Shown here piece after piece: positions 13,026-30,143 of a stretch of DNA of 64,000 bases. The stretch's first letter is position 1; every line of letters begins with the position of its first letter. The translations under genes were made by a program, and so were the position numbers. Source of the DNA: Zygnema circumcarinatum SAG 698-1b (taxonomy: Eukaryota > Plantae > Zygnematophyceae); contig CM074818.1 in NCBI GenBank assembly GCA_037447605.1, positions 1-64,000 of the forward strand, given 5' to 3'. The notes below the pieces were generated by a model that made no database searches, was not told where the DNA came from, and saw nothing but the letters and a program-made list of their open reading frames with translations.

Positions 13026-15354
13026 TCAACTCTTTCCTCGAACAGCAAGTTCTGTTCTAAGGTTTCCGTTAGGATTTACGGAATCAGATAACATGGAATC
13101 GTCCACAAGAGAAGGGTCGACGAAGGCGTGCCAGCCCATGAGGTACGGCATGATGTACTGCATCCGCGACATCACATGCCCCGTCGCCGACATCATCACA
13201 TGCATCATTCAAGACACTGCCAACATCACCATTGGGCCCCAAATACTGATTCTTGTTGTGACTTTTTTTCCTGGTCCCCCGCTTTAGTTTGCTATTGCTA
13301 TTTGTTTATCATTCTTGAAACTTTTTTTGAGGTGGGAGAGGGGAGGTAGAGAGGAGGGAGGCTCCTTACGCTCATTGCGTTCCGCATTACTGCAAACTCC
13401 GCCATGGAAACGGGCATTGTGAGCTTGTTGTCTACGCCGCGCGTTTTCACCGCTGGAAACCAAAGAAGGGAAGACGGGAGGACGTGATAAGGGCACATCC
13501 AAGGAGGGAGAGGGAGTGGGTGATAGAGGGAGAGGGAGAGGGAGAGGGAGGAAGCGAGAAAGGAGGGAGAGGACGAGGGAAAGGGAGGGGGAAGGCTACG
13601 AACAGGATGAGGGAGAGGGAAAGAGAGGGGCGGACTTGGAGGGGGGGAGTGGTAAGCGGAGTATAGGGAGGGAGAGGGAGAGGGAGGGACAGATCAAGAG
13701 TTGAAAGGAGGGAGAGGGCAAGAGGTCGAGGGTGGGAGAAGGAGAGGGAGAGAACAAGGGAGAGAGGGAGAAGAGTGGGATGAGGAGAGAGAAAGGGAGG
13801 GAAAGGCAAATGGACAGGGCCACGGGGAGGGAAAGGGAGAGGAAAGAGGAAGTTGGGGAAGAGAGGGAGGGAGAGTTAGAGGGAGAGGGAGAGGGGAGAA
13901 AGAGGGAGAGTGGGAGAGAGAAAGGGAGAGGGAGGAAGAGGGGGAGGGATAGGGCTAGGGGTAGCGAGAAGGAAAGAGAGAGGTAGCGAGAGGGAAAGAG
14001 AGAGGTAGCGAGAGGGAAAGAGAGAGGTAGCGGAGGGAGAGGGGGAGGGACAATCTTCAGCAAGAGGAGAACCAAATTTACGTACAAATGTTGAAGAAGT
14101 ATCCATCCTTCATCGGAGAAATGCGAAGGGTTTTTGTGACGGTGCCTTCACCTCTGAAACAAAGAAAAAAAATACAAAAAGGAGAAGAGGAAATAAAAAC
14201 TGCCGTATGACAAAAATTGCAGAAAAAGCGTACAACAAATCAATGGCTTTAAAGGTTCACTGCTGTGAACTTTCGGGCAGCACATATAGACATCATTTTT
14301 TTAATCTGATGTTATAGTTTTCTGTTTTCTTTGTGATTGCAAACTTTAACTGATTCCTTGGAAAGGTACAACGAACAGGGAAGGGTGCGGGGGATAGAAT
14401 GGAGAGGAAGAGAGAGTGAGAAAGGGAGAGGGAGGGAGAGGTTGGGAGAGACAGGGAGTGAAAAATCAACATTTCAATCGCTTTCAATCGTTTCGTTGAT
14501 CGATCAAGTCATCGATTCTCTCTCCCTATATATACACCTATATATATTTTTTAACATTTTGGCCCACCCCAGTTGGACTCGAAACGAGTACACACTGCCT
14601 GCCTTTGTTTGGATCGTGGAAGAGCTCCAAATTGTCAGCCGAAGACAATGCCAAAAAGCACCCAATTTCCGCCACAGAAATGGAGAAAATCTGTACAAAG
14701 AGAAATGAATCAAATCAAAAGGGAGGGGGAGGGGGAGGGGGAGGGAGAGGGAGGGAGAAAGAGGGAGGGAGAAAGAGAGAAATTCGAATCTTTTTAGAGC
14801 ATGAACTTGTACCAATTTTTTCTCCCAATCGTACTGCCGGGTCCCAACTGACGGGGCGAATTCAAAAAATAAAGATCCTTCTCTTTGGAGAGCCAATCCT
14901 CCATTCTACAGAGAGGAAAAATAAAACATGGGCTTCAATAAAACAAATAAGATAAAAGAAAAAAAAAAAAGTATAGCGCATGCATATAAAATATTTTTTC
15001 TCCCTTTTTCTTACCTCCAAGGGTCTAAAAGTGGGCTTTATGGGCCGCATGCTTAAAGCAACTTTTCCCTTGTAAATCTGATATTGGACGAATATCGGGC
15101 GACCTGAGCAGCACGTATACCCCAAATTTAGACAAATAAATGCGCCAATTAAAGGAGAGAAGCGGTTAGAAAATGCACCCTCGCATTTCACATTTTAAAT
15201 GAAACAAAGCGGAAAACAAGGACCAGCTTCGGGAGGGAGGGAGGCGGGAGAGGGACAGAGAGGGAAGGGAGGGAGAGCAGTAAAGAGAAAGGGAGAAGGT
15301 AGATAGAGAGAAGACGGTGAGAGGAGAGTGGGGGAGAGAGAGAAGTGGGGAAAG

Positions 15355-15385
<31 letters not shown>

Positions 15386-16413
15386 AGATGTCACCGTTTC
15401 TACGTGGGGAGGCGTTACTGCTTTGTGAACTTGCAGCCAATGAGGTGACACCTCTGCCAGGTGGCAGTCCCTGATTGGTCGATAGAAAGCTGCTCGCGCT
15501 GATCGATCTCAGATCCAACGGACGACAGCTGCAGAAGCGCCAGGAAACCCTAATTTGAAAAAAAAATTTAAAAAAAAAAAACGGAAAGATTTGGGAGTAG
15601 TGTTCTCAATGATCTAAGGGGATAGAGATTAAGGTGCAGGGTTTAGGGCCTAGAGTTGAGGGTTTAGGGTTCAGGTTTGCGGTTTAGAGGCCAGGAGTTT
15701 AGGGTTTATGGTTTAGGGCGGGTTCAGGGTCTAGGGGCTAGCTTTTTAGGGTTTAACCGTCAGGGTATAAGATTCAGTGTCTAGGGCTCGGGTTAGGGTT
15801 TAGGATTCAGATTTAGGAGGGTTCAGGGTTTAGAGTCCAGGGTTCAGGGTTCAGAGTTCAGGGTTCAGGAGTTAGGGTTCAGGGATTAAGGTTTATGGTT
15901 CAGGATTTAGGTTTAGGGTTTAGGGCTTAGAGTTCGGAGTTCAGATTCAGGGTCCAGAGGCTAGGCTTTTCGTATTAGTGTTCAGTGTCGAGGGTTTTTG
16001 GGTTTAGGTTTAAGGATTAGAGTATAGTGCTGGCGGTTCAAAGTTACAAAGAATAGGTTCAGAATTGAAGTCTCGAAGCAGATAAAATTCAGGATTCAAG
16101 ACTTTGTGTTCAAAATGTAAGCGTGAAAGAATTCGGCTGAAAAGTAACATTAGGTTGAAGGGTTTACAGATCAGGGTTCAGGGTTCAGAGCTCCGAAAAT
16201 AGAGATCTAGGGTTCTAGGGTGTTAAGCATTTAGGGTTGCAGGGTTGTAGGGTTTTAGGGTTTTAGAGGTTTAGGGTTTCAGGGTTTTAGGGTTTTAGGG
16301 TATCACGGGTTCGGGTTCAGGCGAGCGAACCCGCTCCTGACGCGTGGCAGTACGGACCACGGCCTCTGCAAAAGAGCTGTGCCCAGCATGCTGACGTGGC
16401 CGCACAGAGACAT
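13026..16413 (-). CDS. WHY: Whirly single-stranded DNA-binding protein, organelle-targeted (N-terminus resembles a mitochondrial presequence)
   Basis: Spliced exons (16413-16307, 15549-15395, 15103-15015, then about five more down to 13026) give FVQYQIYKGKVALSMRP, REGSLFFEFAPSVGTRQYDWEKK, FSISVAEIG, FHDPNKGR, GEGTVTKTLRISP, PVSMAEFAVM and YIMPYLMGWH, the conserved Whirly blocks including the KGK and YDW motifs. The N-terminus is R/L/S-rich and acid-poor. Confidence 0.92.
15620..16300 (+). repeat. Degenerate telomere-like (TTTAGGG/TTCAGGG/TTAGGG) array in Whirly intron 1
   Basis: About 10 perfect TTTAGGG units plus many single-base variants across about 680 bp, between the exon-1 donor (16306) and exon-2 acceptor (15550). 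Confidence 0.8.
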
Positions 16414-16414
16414 G

Positions 16415-16600
16415 CCACGTGGCAAAGTTATCAGCCAGTACAATTGCGACACGTGTGAGGATGGGTCCAAAGGAGGAGGCCACGTGGTCTGCGCTGGCCC
16501 CTTCGGCCAATAGCGAAGCGACACGTGGTACCGCGCGTTAACACGATGACACGTGGCGGAAGCTAGAGCGCTCTGGCAAACCCTAAACCGGTGCCACGTG
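16415..16600. promoter_or_regulatory. Cluster of six CACGTG G-boxes plus a telo-box immediately upstream of the Whirly start codon
   Basis: CACGTG at ~16416, 16450, 16481, 16522, 16550 and 16595; AAACCCTAA at ~16578. Confidence 0.55.
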
Positions 16601-16780
16601 GCAACGGGAAGCTCGAGGGTTTCGCCGTGCCGTACGGCCGCGCGTGTGATCACTTTCAATTTTAGGCCAAAGGAACAAGTGATCGGAATCCGTAACTTGG
16701 CTCTGCGGACAGTTATTGTAATCTCACGTTGCAAAGTACTGAAGTTGAATATTTCTTGGTGCATACGGCAATTTTAAATA

Positions 16781-17386
16781 CAGTAGGACCCCATCATATT
16801 TTCCACCTCAACATTTGCGTCACCAATAAATTCGCACCAATTTTGCCGAAACCACTTTTTTGGTAAGTGGTACGGTAACTTCGTGTTAGCCGTACAATCC
16901 GTATGATTCGTACAATCCGTACTAACCATACTAGCCGTACTAGCTGTACTGGCCGTCACGGGCTTACGCAAAACTCACCTAATCTCCCCGCACGGGCCGC
17001 CGTCAGAGGCGCTCACTCTTCTCCCCTTCTTCTTGGCTTCGATACGATACGATACGGTACGAAACTCCCCGATACGGTACTATCCGTACTAGTCGTACGA
17101 GCTGTAGTACAGTCGTAGGCCACCATAGTGTCAGTTGCCACGATACGATACGATACGAAACGCTCCGATACGGTACTATCCGAAATATCCTTATTAGCCA
17201 TATAACCGATACGGTACGATGGGGTACGATATGCCAGAAAACGGTACGATACGATACGTACGGACATACATGAACTCTAACATAATTCTGCTCGCCTATT
17301 GGTAACACAGACCTGATATTTGCCAAAAACAATATTTTCGCCGGATATTTGCTAAAACCAGGTGGAAAATATGATGGGGTCCTACT
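16781..17386. mobile_element. Non-autonomous Tc1/mariner-pogo-like MITE (~600 bp), right end clipped
   Basis: 27-bp perfect inverted repeat AGTAGGACCCCATCATATTTTCCACCT (16782-16808 vs 17360-17386). The left end reads TA|CAGTAG; the right end lacks the expected terminal G+TA. The interior is non-coding with GATAC/CGTAC repeats. Superfamily assignment is inferred from the CAGT terminus and TA flank. Confidence 0.6.
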
Positions 17387-18973
17387 AGGGGGTCTCAGAC
17401 TTAAAAAACGATTACCAATTACCAAGCTGTACGATTACCAAGTTTTCGAGTCAACTTCACCAGTCTCGCGCCCCCCGAACGTAACCGTGATCGTGACGCG
17501 ACGTGACTTTATCACCACTCCGCATTTGCCGGTATGACCAATTTCCAAAGGCGCGATGACCAACTTCGCCCGCGCGGGGGGGTCTCAAACTTAAAAAAAG
17601 GCTGCGAACGGCGCGGGTAGATCGCCGATACCTGACGTCAGATGCCGCAATTTTGAATTGCAAACCCGGACCCCTCGTCTTCCCCTTTCCTCCCTTGCGG
17701 CTTCCAAGCGGCCGACCCTCTNNNNNNNNNNGACTTTATCACCACTCCGCATTTTGCCGGTATGACCAATTTCCAAAGGCATGATGACCTTACCGCGTAG
17801 TCTCAAACTTAAAAGAACATGACGGCGGGTAGATGCGCCCGATGCGGCGTCGGATGCCGCCAATTTTAGCGGAGGTACAAACCCGGACCCTGCGTCTTCC
17901 CCTTTCCTCATACTTGGCTTCAATGGCCAGGCCCTCTTCGAGCCTCCTCATCACCGGCTTCATTTCGCCCAGCGAACTTTTGCTTCTTATTTGTCTACTT
18001 GAGCGTTCGTAGTAGGTGGCTAAGGACACCACGGAGGGGCTGCGCGCTGCTCACAACCCGCGATTAGGACTCTTCAGGCCGTCTGCCGAACCCCTCTGGT
18101 AAGACTCTCTACTCTCGAGAAAAACAACAAAGGGGAGGATGAAACCCTAAACATAGAAGCCCAAAAATCAGGAGCCGTAAAAAGATCACGTCCAGCTACA
18201 AAGATTAATGTCATACTCCTAGCCACACCAGCCTCTCACTCTCCCTTTCCCAGCCCGTCCTCCCTCTCCACCTGGGCACCCACACCCTCTACCCCTCGCT
18301 TCTCCCCCTCCCCACGCCCTCCCTACTCACTGCCCTCTCCGTCTCCTCACTGCAATCTCCCTCCCTCATCCTCTCCACCTCCCCCACGCCTTTCCCTCTC
18401 ATCTCCCCATCGCTCTCCCTTTCCCTTCATCTCCCACTTGCCCTCCCCTCTCCCTCATCCCTCTCCCTCCTCATCCTCTCCCACTACACTCCACCCCTCA
18501 CCCCCTTCTCTTCATCTGCCTTTCCCTTCGCCCTCCCCTCTCCCACTGCCGTCCCCTCTCCCTCTTCTCAGCCGCCTTTCTTTTCTGCTCATTTGGCTTC
18601 TCCCTCTCCCCTCCACTGCGCCTCCCTCCCCCCTCCCTCTCCCTTTCCCTCTTCACTGCTGCTCTCTCTCCCATCCTCACTGCGTTTCTCATCCTCTCCT
18701 CCTCCTCTCCTCATCGCACTTTCAAACAGCCACCATTCCCTTTGTCTTCTGGTTTCTTTTTTACAGCATATCAAACTCTGCCTCTACCCATGCCTCCAAT
18801 TGCCACATAAAGACCACACGCCCAATAATACGATGGGCTCGCAGCCTATGCTTTTTGCAGTAAAGACAGCACAACATTAACCCTTCAAAGGAAGTAGGTA
18901 AGATACAATTTTTGTTCGGATCGCACAAGAACATCGAAAACTACCTGGTTCATGACCGTCTAAACTTGAAGAA

Positions 18974-19900
18974 GTGTCTTCTGTAACATTACTCTACTAT
19001 AGTCATACACGGACGAAAGCACTTTTTGCAAACCCTTTTGGGCCAATAGAGAAACTGGAGCCCAGACTTGTAAAACTAATTGAAAAGCACAAAGTTTTTA
19101 AAAATGGAGCAGGTGTCCCCAAACTGCCGTACATTATCAAGGTAGCTAGACACATTACACAGACTAGGCACATAACGGGAATGGGGCAAGTCACGGGGAG
19201 ATAGCCCGATTGTTTGGGATTGGAGAAGGGACTACATTTTTGTTCACAAAGCGAGTTGTAAAGGCACTTAGATCTCTTTCAAAAGAATGGGTTGTGTGGC
19301 CAAATGCTTGCAGAAGACAAGAAATATCAAAGACTTTAGAAAAAGAAGGATTTCCAGGCTGTGTTGGGTTTATAGATGGGACGGTTTTACCTTTATCACA
19401 ACGGCCAGGGGAAGATGGGGAAGTTTATTTCGACAGAAAATGTCGATACTCACTTAACACGCAAGCTATTTTGGATAATTAGAGAGCCATATACATTTCA
19501 AGTCGGCTACGCTGGTTCATGTAGATTCTTATGCTTTTCTTAGGACCATGGGTGACAGAGCTGTATGTAAAGTTCCTCTGAAGTATGAGTAGGACTTAGA
19601 GGGGGATCAAGAACTAGCAAGCTGGAGGAGAGGATGTCAGTCCATATAAGCATCCCTACACTAATCCTTTGATAAATACATAATTTAACTATGGCATTTG
19701 AAAAGCTAGGGTGCTAAATGAGCACAACAGAATAGGGGTTACTAGGTGTCGGATCTTTAAATCGCTACTCACAACAAGTTCGAAAAAGCAAAAAGAATTA
19801 CTACCTGCCATAGTAGGACAAGTAGAAGGCATGTGTCACCCCATACAACACGTTGTTTGTAGACCAACGGAAGAGGGAGAATATGATGGGAGACAAGTAA
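18974..19900 (+). pseudogene. Decayed Harbinger DDE transposase (HARBI1/DDE_Tnp_4-like)
   Basis: Recognisable blocks: LIEKHKVFKN, FGIGEGTTFLFTKRV, WP..RRQEI, GFPGCVGFIDGT, YFDRKCRYSLNTQAILD, GYAGSC, PYKHP, N*FNYGI*KARVLNEH and a degenerate ACxxLHN. Several stops and frameshifts. The true 5' start was not determined. Confidence 0.85.
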
Positions 19901-20149
19901 CACGTTCACATCGCCAATACAAAGCGGAGAAAGAGTGCCCTAGGAAACATTTTTGTGAACACCCAAGCAGCTACCCGGAAACAGACAGGAAACGTCGGCT
20001 TCCTATCCATTGATGGAGACTGTCCCGTCGCTGTGAGTTTTGCCATTTTCCTTCCCAGCCCCTCTTCCTCTATCTTTTGTTTTCTCTTGTTTTTTCTTCT
20101 CTTTCTTTCTCTCCCTCGACTCCCTCACTCCGTGACTACCGCCCTCACT

Positions 20150-20800
20150 CCTTTTCCCTCTCCCTCCCCCTGTCTGTGGTTCTCCCTCTCCCACTCTCAC
20201 TGCGTTCTCCCTTTCCCCTCACCAGCTCCACTGCCTCTCCCTCTCCCTCCTCCTCTCCCACTGCCTTTCCCTTTCCCTCTCCATCTCCCATTGCTTCTCC
20301 CTTTCCCTCTCCATCTCCCACTGCATCTCCCTCTCTTTATCCATCTCCATCTCCCACTGCCTTTCCCTCTCCATCTCCCATTGCTTCTCCCTTTCCCTCT
20401 CCATCTCCCACTGCCTTTCCCTCTCCATCTCCCATTGCTTCTCCCTTTCCCTCTCCATCTCCCATTGCTTCTCCCTTTCCCTCTCCATCTCCCACTGCAT
20501 CTCCCTCTCTTTATCCCTCTCCATCTCCATCTCCCACTGCCTTTCCCTCTCCATCTTCCATTGCTTCTCCCTTTCCCTCTCCATCTCCCACTGCCTCTCC
20601 CTCTCTTTATCCCTCTCCCTCTCTTTATCCCTCCCCCCCTCCCACTGTCTCTCCCTCTCCACCTAACACCCATACTGCCTCCTCTCTCTTACCTTCTCCC
20701 TCTCCCACTGCCTCTTCTTATCCCACTGCCTCTCCCTCTCCCTCTCTTTATCCCTCTCCATCTCCCACTCTCACTACCTCTCTCTCTCCCGCTCCCTCTC
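20150..20800. repeat. Pyrimidine-rich minisatellite (CCATCTCCCACTGCCTCTCCCTCT-like units)
   Basis: Repeated 18-60-bp CT-rich units; the source of the PSPSPTAS and LPLPLHL pseudo-ORFs. Confidence 0.85.
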
Positions 20801-21501
20801 CCTAGACAACAAATAAGAGGTGTTTCCAAACGCAGGTGCCGAAGTAGACGTGTGGATTGGGGTACGAATTGGGAGTTGCGCCACGTCGTTGATGAAAGAA
20901 ACGCGATGTTCGAGTATTCATAATGCATGCATAGGTGGAATAGGGAAATTAGGAAGGAGAGGAGGGAGACGAGGATAAAATGGGGGTGGCAAGAAAAAGG
21001 AGTATGGAAAAAAGAGACGTGGAGAGGAACAAGGGCGAAAGAGGAAGAAGTTATTCAGATTATTCATTCATTAGGAACTGTTAAGACTTACTTTGTGAAC
21101 AAACGCGTTTACTTGAGGAACATGGTCATCCTCTTTTTGTTTTTAGGGTTTTTAGTATTCCTGTCCCTCCGTCGCCCTCCTTCTCACTCGGTCGTCTTTT
21201 ATGCTCTTCTTGTTCTCAATAGGCGTTACAGCAACCACGAGTTTTTAAGGCTTGAAGCTACCTTGAGAACAAAGCATCTTAACACCATACTCCATCCACA
21301 ATGCCACCTATAATAACATTCATAATGTATACACAATCCATTACTTTGATGTGCATCTTACACGCTATAGAAAGCAGTACAAAACTTGGAAGGTCTACTC
21401 AATTTCACTAATGACAAACAACACACTACAAGCAGCCTTTTTTTTTGGCTTTTAAGAAAAAGGGACTCAAAATGGTCACTAGAGATGAACTCAGAAGACA
21501 T

Positions 21502-26323
<4,822 letters not shown>

Positions 26324-27412
26324 AGCAATAGTCAGGACACAATGTGACGGTGAGTAATTAACTGCTCTAAAATTGGCTCAAACAAGAGAATGTCCCGCCT
26401 TTCGCAAACCAAGACAGACGAGAGCGATGCATTCTTCATGGCAAAGGGTAGCAGAGGCAGCGAACAGACTCGAGAAGGAAAGGACACTAAGGTGAGGGAA
26501 GGCCATGAACATCCTCATTCGTGCACGCAGAAGAGTTCTTTCCAACAAAGTATGAGAAAATAAGGATAAGGTAGGGATGGGAAGAACAAAACTACGAAAA
26601 AATGGGAGGGTTGGGAAAGAGAGGGAAAGCGGGAGAGAGGTGGGATACCGCGCCGGTCGGTTTTGGAGGAGCGCTAGCGGCTGGCACGCGGGAGCAAGAG
26701 GGACGCTCGGGCCATGGCGGGCGGCACGCAGGGGAGGAGGAGGCGGTAGGTGGCGGCGGGCGGGGAGGGGGATGTCAGGCCGGGGTGTGGACGTCATGGT
26801 GACGCCCGTTTCATTACCATTTCCTTTCGCAGAGACCGAAAACCACCGTTTTGGTGGTGATAAATTCTCGGCCACAGGCTTATGATTACCAAGTCTTGGG
26901 CGTTCATGACCAATTTTGGAACTTGTACGGATTACCAGCGTTGACCTTGATTTGGTTTGGCACAGGTTCGGCAAAGTAATCATTATTACCAATTTCTCTA
27001 TCCCCGATTACCAATTACCAAGCTGTACGATTACCAAGTTTTGTTTAAGTCTGAGACCCCCTAATGTGTGACCGTGACACGTCACTCCGTATAGCGACCG
27101 GCGGTCGTGGTCGCGTTCCGATCTCGAACGCGACGCGCGACGCCGCAGAATCGCCGTCAGTCCGTACCGTCCGTACGGGTGGTACGGATCCGTACGGCTA
27201 CACCGTACGACTGTACGGTTTGTACGGCCGAACCGTACGGAGATCCTCAGGATGCCGGCGGCACCGTGGTGTCTGTAGCGTTCAGTTCGCTACAAGCAGA
27301 GCCTTTTTAACATTTTGAGATAATCTCAAAACAATGTCAACGCAACTCTCTTCGAAAGTCAAGAGATGCCTGAGATACAGAGACAAGGAATTTAGGAGTT
27401 CAAGATTCTGAC

Positions 27413-29416
27413 TGTGTAGGCGAAGGCCTTCTGAGAGAGGCGACCCCACGTGTCCCATCGATGTCCGCCGATCCTGCACGTGTCGTAGCCATTGTCAACC
27501 AGACCGTCGTACGGAATGCAATCGAGAGAATCGTAGTTGTCGGCTGCAGGGCAAAAAGCACAAATCAAAGGACAACATAAAGCATTGAAAGTGACATAAC
27601 GGACAACCTCATGACTTCAGAACCGCATAGAACGCCGGACATCTGGAACATAGAAGAAATTGCGACACAGAGCATGAAGCCCGGAATACTGTAGTGCTGA
27701 ACACATTGTGAAACATGAAGGCGTGAACCAACAACAAAGGATAGCATAGGAGGCGACTGGCATTAAAGGTAAGCGAACAGTCAGCATCTGAAAGGAACAC
27801 TGAGTACTTACCATAGTTGACATCGCCGCCAAAGAGGACGAAATCAGGCTTTGACTCCTTCAAATTGTCGAGGGTCCTGCTTGAGTTGCCCGTCTGGCCC
27901 ACATCGGCTGCATTGCATATACAAACCCAACATTCAAGGTTGCTTAGAAAACCTAGGCGCTGGCATCGTCCTTGTTCTCCATCTCAAAAAGAAAGCCTCA
28001 GTTTTTGTATCATTCAGATCTTCAGGGGTGCTTCGGGATATCAGAGCGTAGATTAGATTACCAGTGAGGCCGAACTTGATGGGGTAGGTGCCGGTGGCAG
28101 GGAGGGACTTGAATGGGAACATTGTAGTGCTTCCCCTAATTTGATAGAAGTACTGCGTGGAGGGCTTGAGTGGTCCAATCACGCAAAAGAAGATGAAGCC
28201 GGAAGTGTATTCTCCGACAAACCCTTTGGCATATGTGTACCTCTTTCCTGGGCATCTGCAATCACGCCATTTCGAAATTGAGAAAAAAATTCATAACAGC
28301 ACTTACACACCTTTCACATGGATTGAAGAGAACAAGAGCAGACAGCAAAAAGAAGACGAAAAGGAAATATAGAACAAGATTGGTTTTTAAAGGGTAAAAT
28401 TACATTACAAAAGTGCTTAACAGTCCAGAGGGAACAAACGGTAATCGACTTACGTAGATTGAGTTTTCATGGAAGTGCGCGAAATTCCGTAGTAAACGAT
28501 TCCGATCGACCTTCGGGGAGTAATCCAGCGCGCGAAGAAGTAATTGCCTCTGCGGACAGCCGGGAACAGGGACACCTGCAGGATAGAGTACACAGTTTCA
28601 GTTTCAGTTACAGATACAGTTAGAACATGGTCCGAAAATCCTCCTCATGCCAAACAACATACATGTACCGCAGAAGATCCCTCAATTGTCATCTTTGACG
28701 ATTAGTCAACATATTACTTAACTCGAAGGGCTTCAATGCTTATCACGAGGCTGCCTGCTGGCCCTCGTCATTATGAAGAAGCATTCACCTGCTCCGGGAG
28801 GTTGGTGTCGATCTGCTGGCCATGGCAGATGGGGATGTTGGGGGTCGTGTAGTTGGGAGTGAACGGAGGCTGCACCAAAAAAGGGTCCGGCTCGAGGTCG
28901 TACGTGGTGCCTGCAAAAGACATAAAACCACGGATGCTTACTATCATCCACACATCTACTCCTCCGCCTCATCACTTCCAATTCATTCCACTCTTACCAG
29001 CGCCCTCCCGGTCTCCCTCCCGTAAAAAATGCCGTACAACACCCGTCCACTTCCCTCCCTCCCCCTCTCCCTCCCTCCTTCCCTCCCCCCTCCCTCCCTC
29101 CCTCTCCCCCTCCCCCCTATTCTCCCCACCCCTTCAAGTCAGTTACCCCATAGAATACCTGCACACATACCTCAGCCATCACATGCCCCACCCGCCACGC
29201 CCCACATCCCACAGCCCATGCCCCATGCCTCATGCCCCATGCCCCATGACCCATGACCCATGCCATGGAGGCCACAAATGCCCACGCCCCTGCCCATGCC
29301 CGGCCATGGCTCCGCCGAGCACCCACGGGAGGCTCCGGCAGGGTCGCGGTCGCGGAGGCGGAGGCCGCCGCCAAAGCGAGCAGCGCCGCCGCCACCAACA
29401 AAGCAGAGCTCGCCAT
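27413..29416 (-). pseudogene. Purple acid phosphatase, 5' half only (signal peptide, Fn3-like N-domain, first two metal-binding motifs)
   Basis: Signal peptide MASSALLVAAALLALAAASASA (ATG 29416). Exons give LPEQVSL...ARWIT, YTSGFIFFCVIGPLKPSTQYFYQI, FGLTADVGQT (DxG), FGGDVNYAD (GDxxY) and RWDTWGR. No exons for GNHE, VxxH or GHxH were found downstream, so it is either truncated or split by assembly. Confidence 0.7.
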
Positions 29417-29690
29417 AGCGGCCCCTCCTGTACGGAACTCGCACGGCGGAAGTCGCACAGCGGACGTCGCACAGCGAAATCTGTCAAAGTCAGTCAAACG
29501 CTACGCGCACACCGAAATCTGAGGATCGCAAGGTCGTCTCAAAGACGTCGCAAGAAGTCGCAAGTAGGGATGGTCCGCGTTATAAATTCCGAATATATTA
29601 TATAATTTACAACGGGTTTAAAATTAGTAATATATTACAAACTAAAACACTTTATTACATATATTATACCCACTCGTTTTGAACAATTAA

Positions 29691-29726
29691 CGACCGTACG
29701 ACCGTACTCGTACGGTCGTACGGTCG
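29691..29726. other. Perfect 17-bp-arm hairpin CGACCGTACGACCGTAC-TC-GTACGGTCGTACGGTCG
   Basis: The arms are exact reverse complements; the second copy near 32189 has a 4-bp insertion. Confidence 0.85.
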
Positions 29727-30143
29727 TACCATACCATTATTAGGTCGTTTTGGCGTTGGCGTTGCGAAATGCGTCCGTCTGGTTCACTCTGTCTGCTCGT
29801 GCTCGGGCCGCATAATACCGTACAGTCGTACGACCGTACGACCGTTCCTGTTGTAAAGGCGTTGTAAATTAATATATATCAGCCGTTATCTAGTCGTCAC
29901 AGTTGTATAATATAATATATAATATATAGTCGTAACTAATCCATCCCTAGTCGCAAGGACCGATACTTTGTTCAGTCGTAGGGTAAACGCACAGCCAAAT
30001 CCGCTCGTCGCAAGGCGTCGCAAAATGTCGCACTGGCGAGGAGGCGGGAAGAGCCGACGACGAAAAGTGAGCGCGTCCTGGCGAGAAGGGCCCGGCGGGG
30101 CACATATACGACAGGCGAACGCTACGCGACAATGTGACACGTG

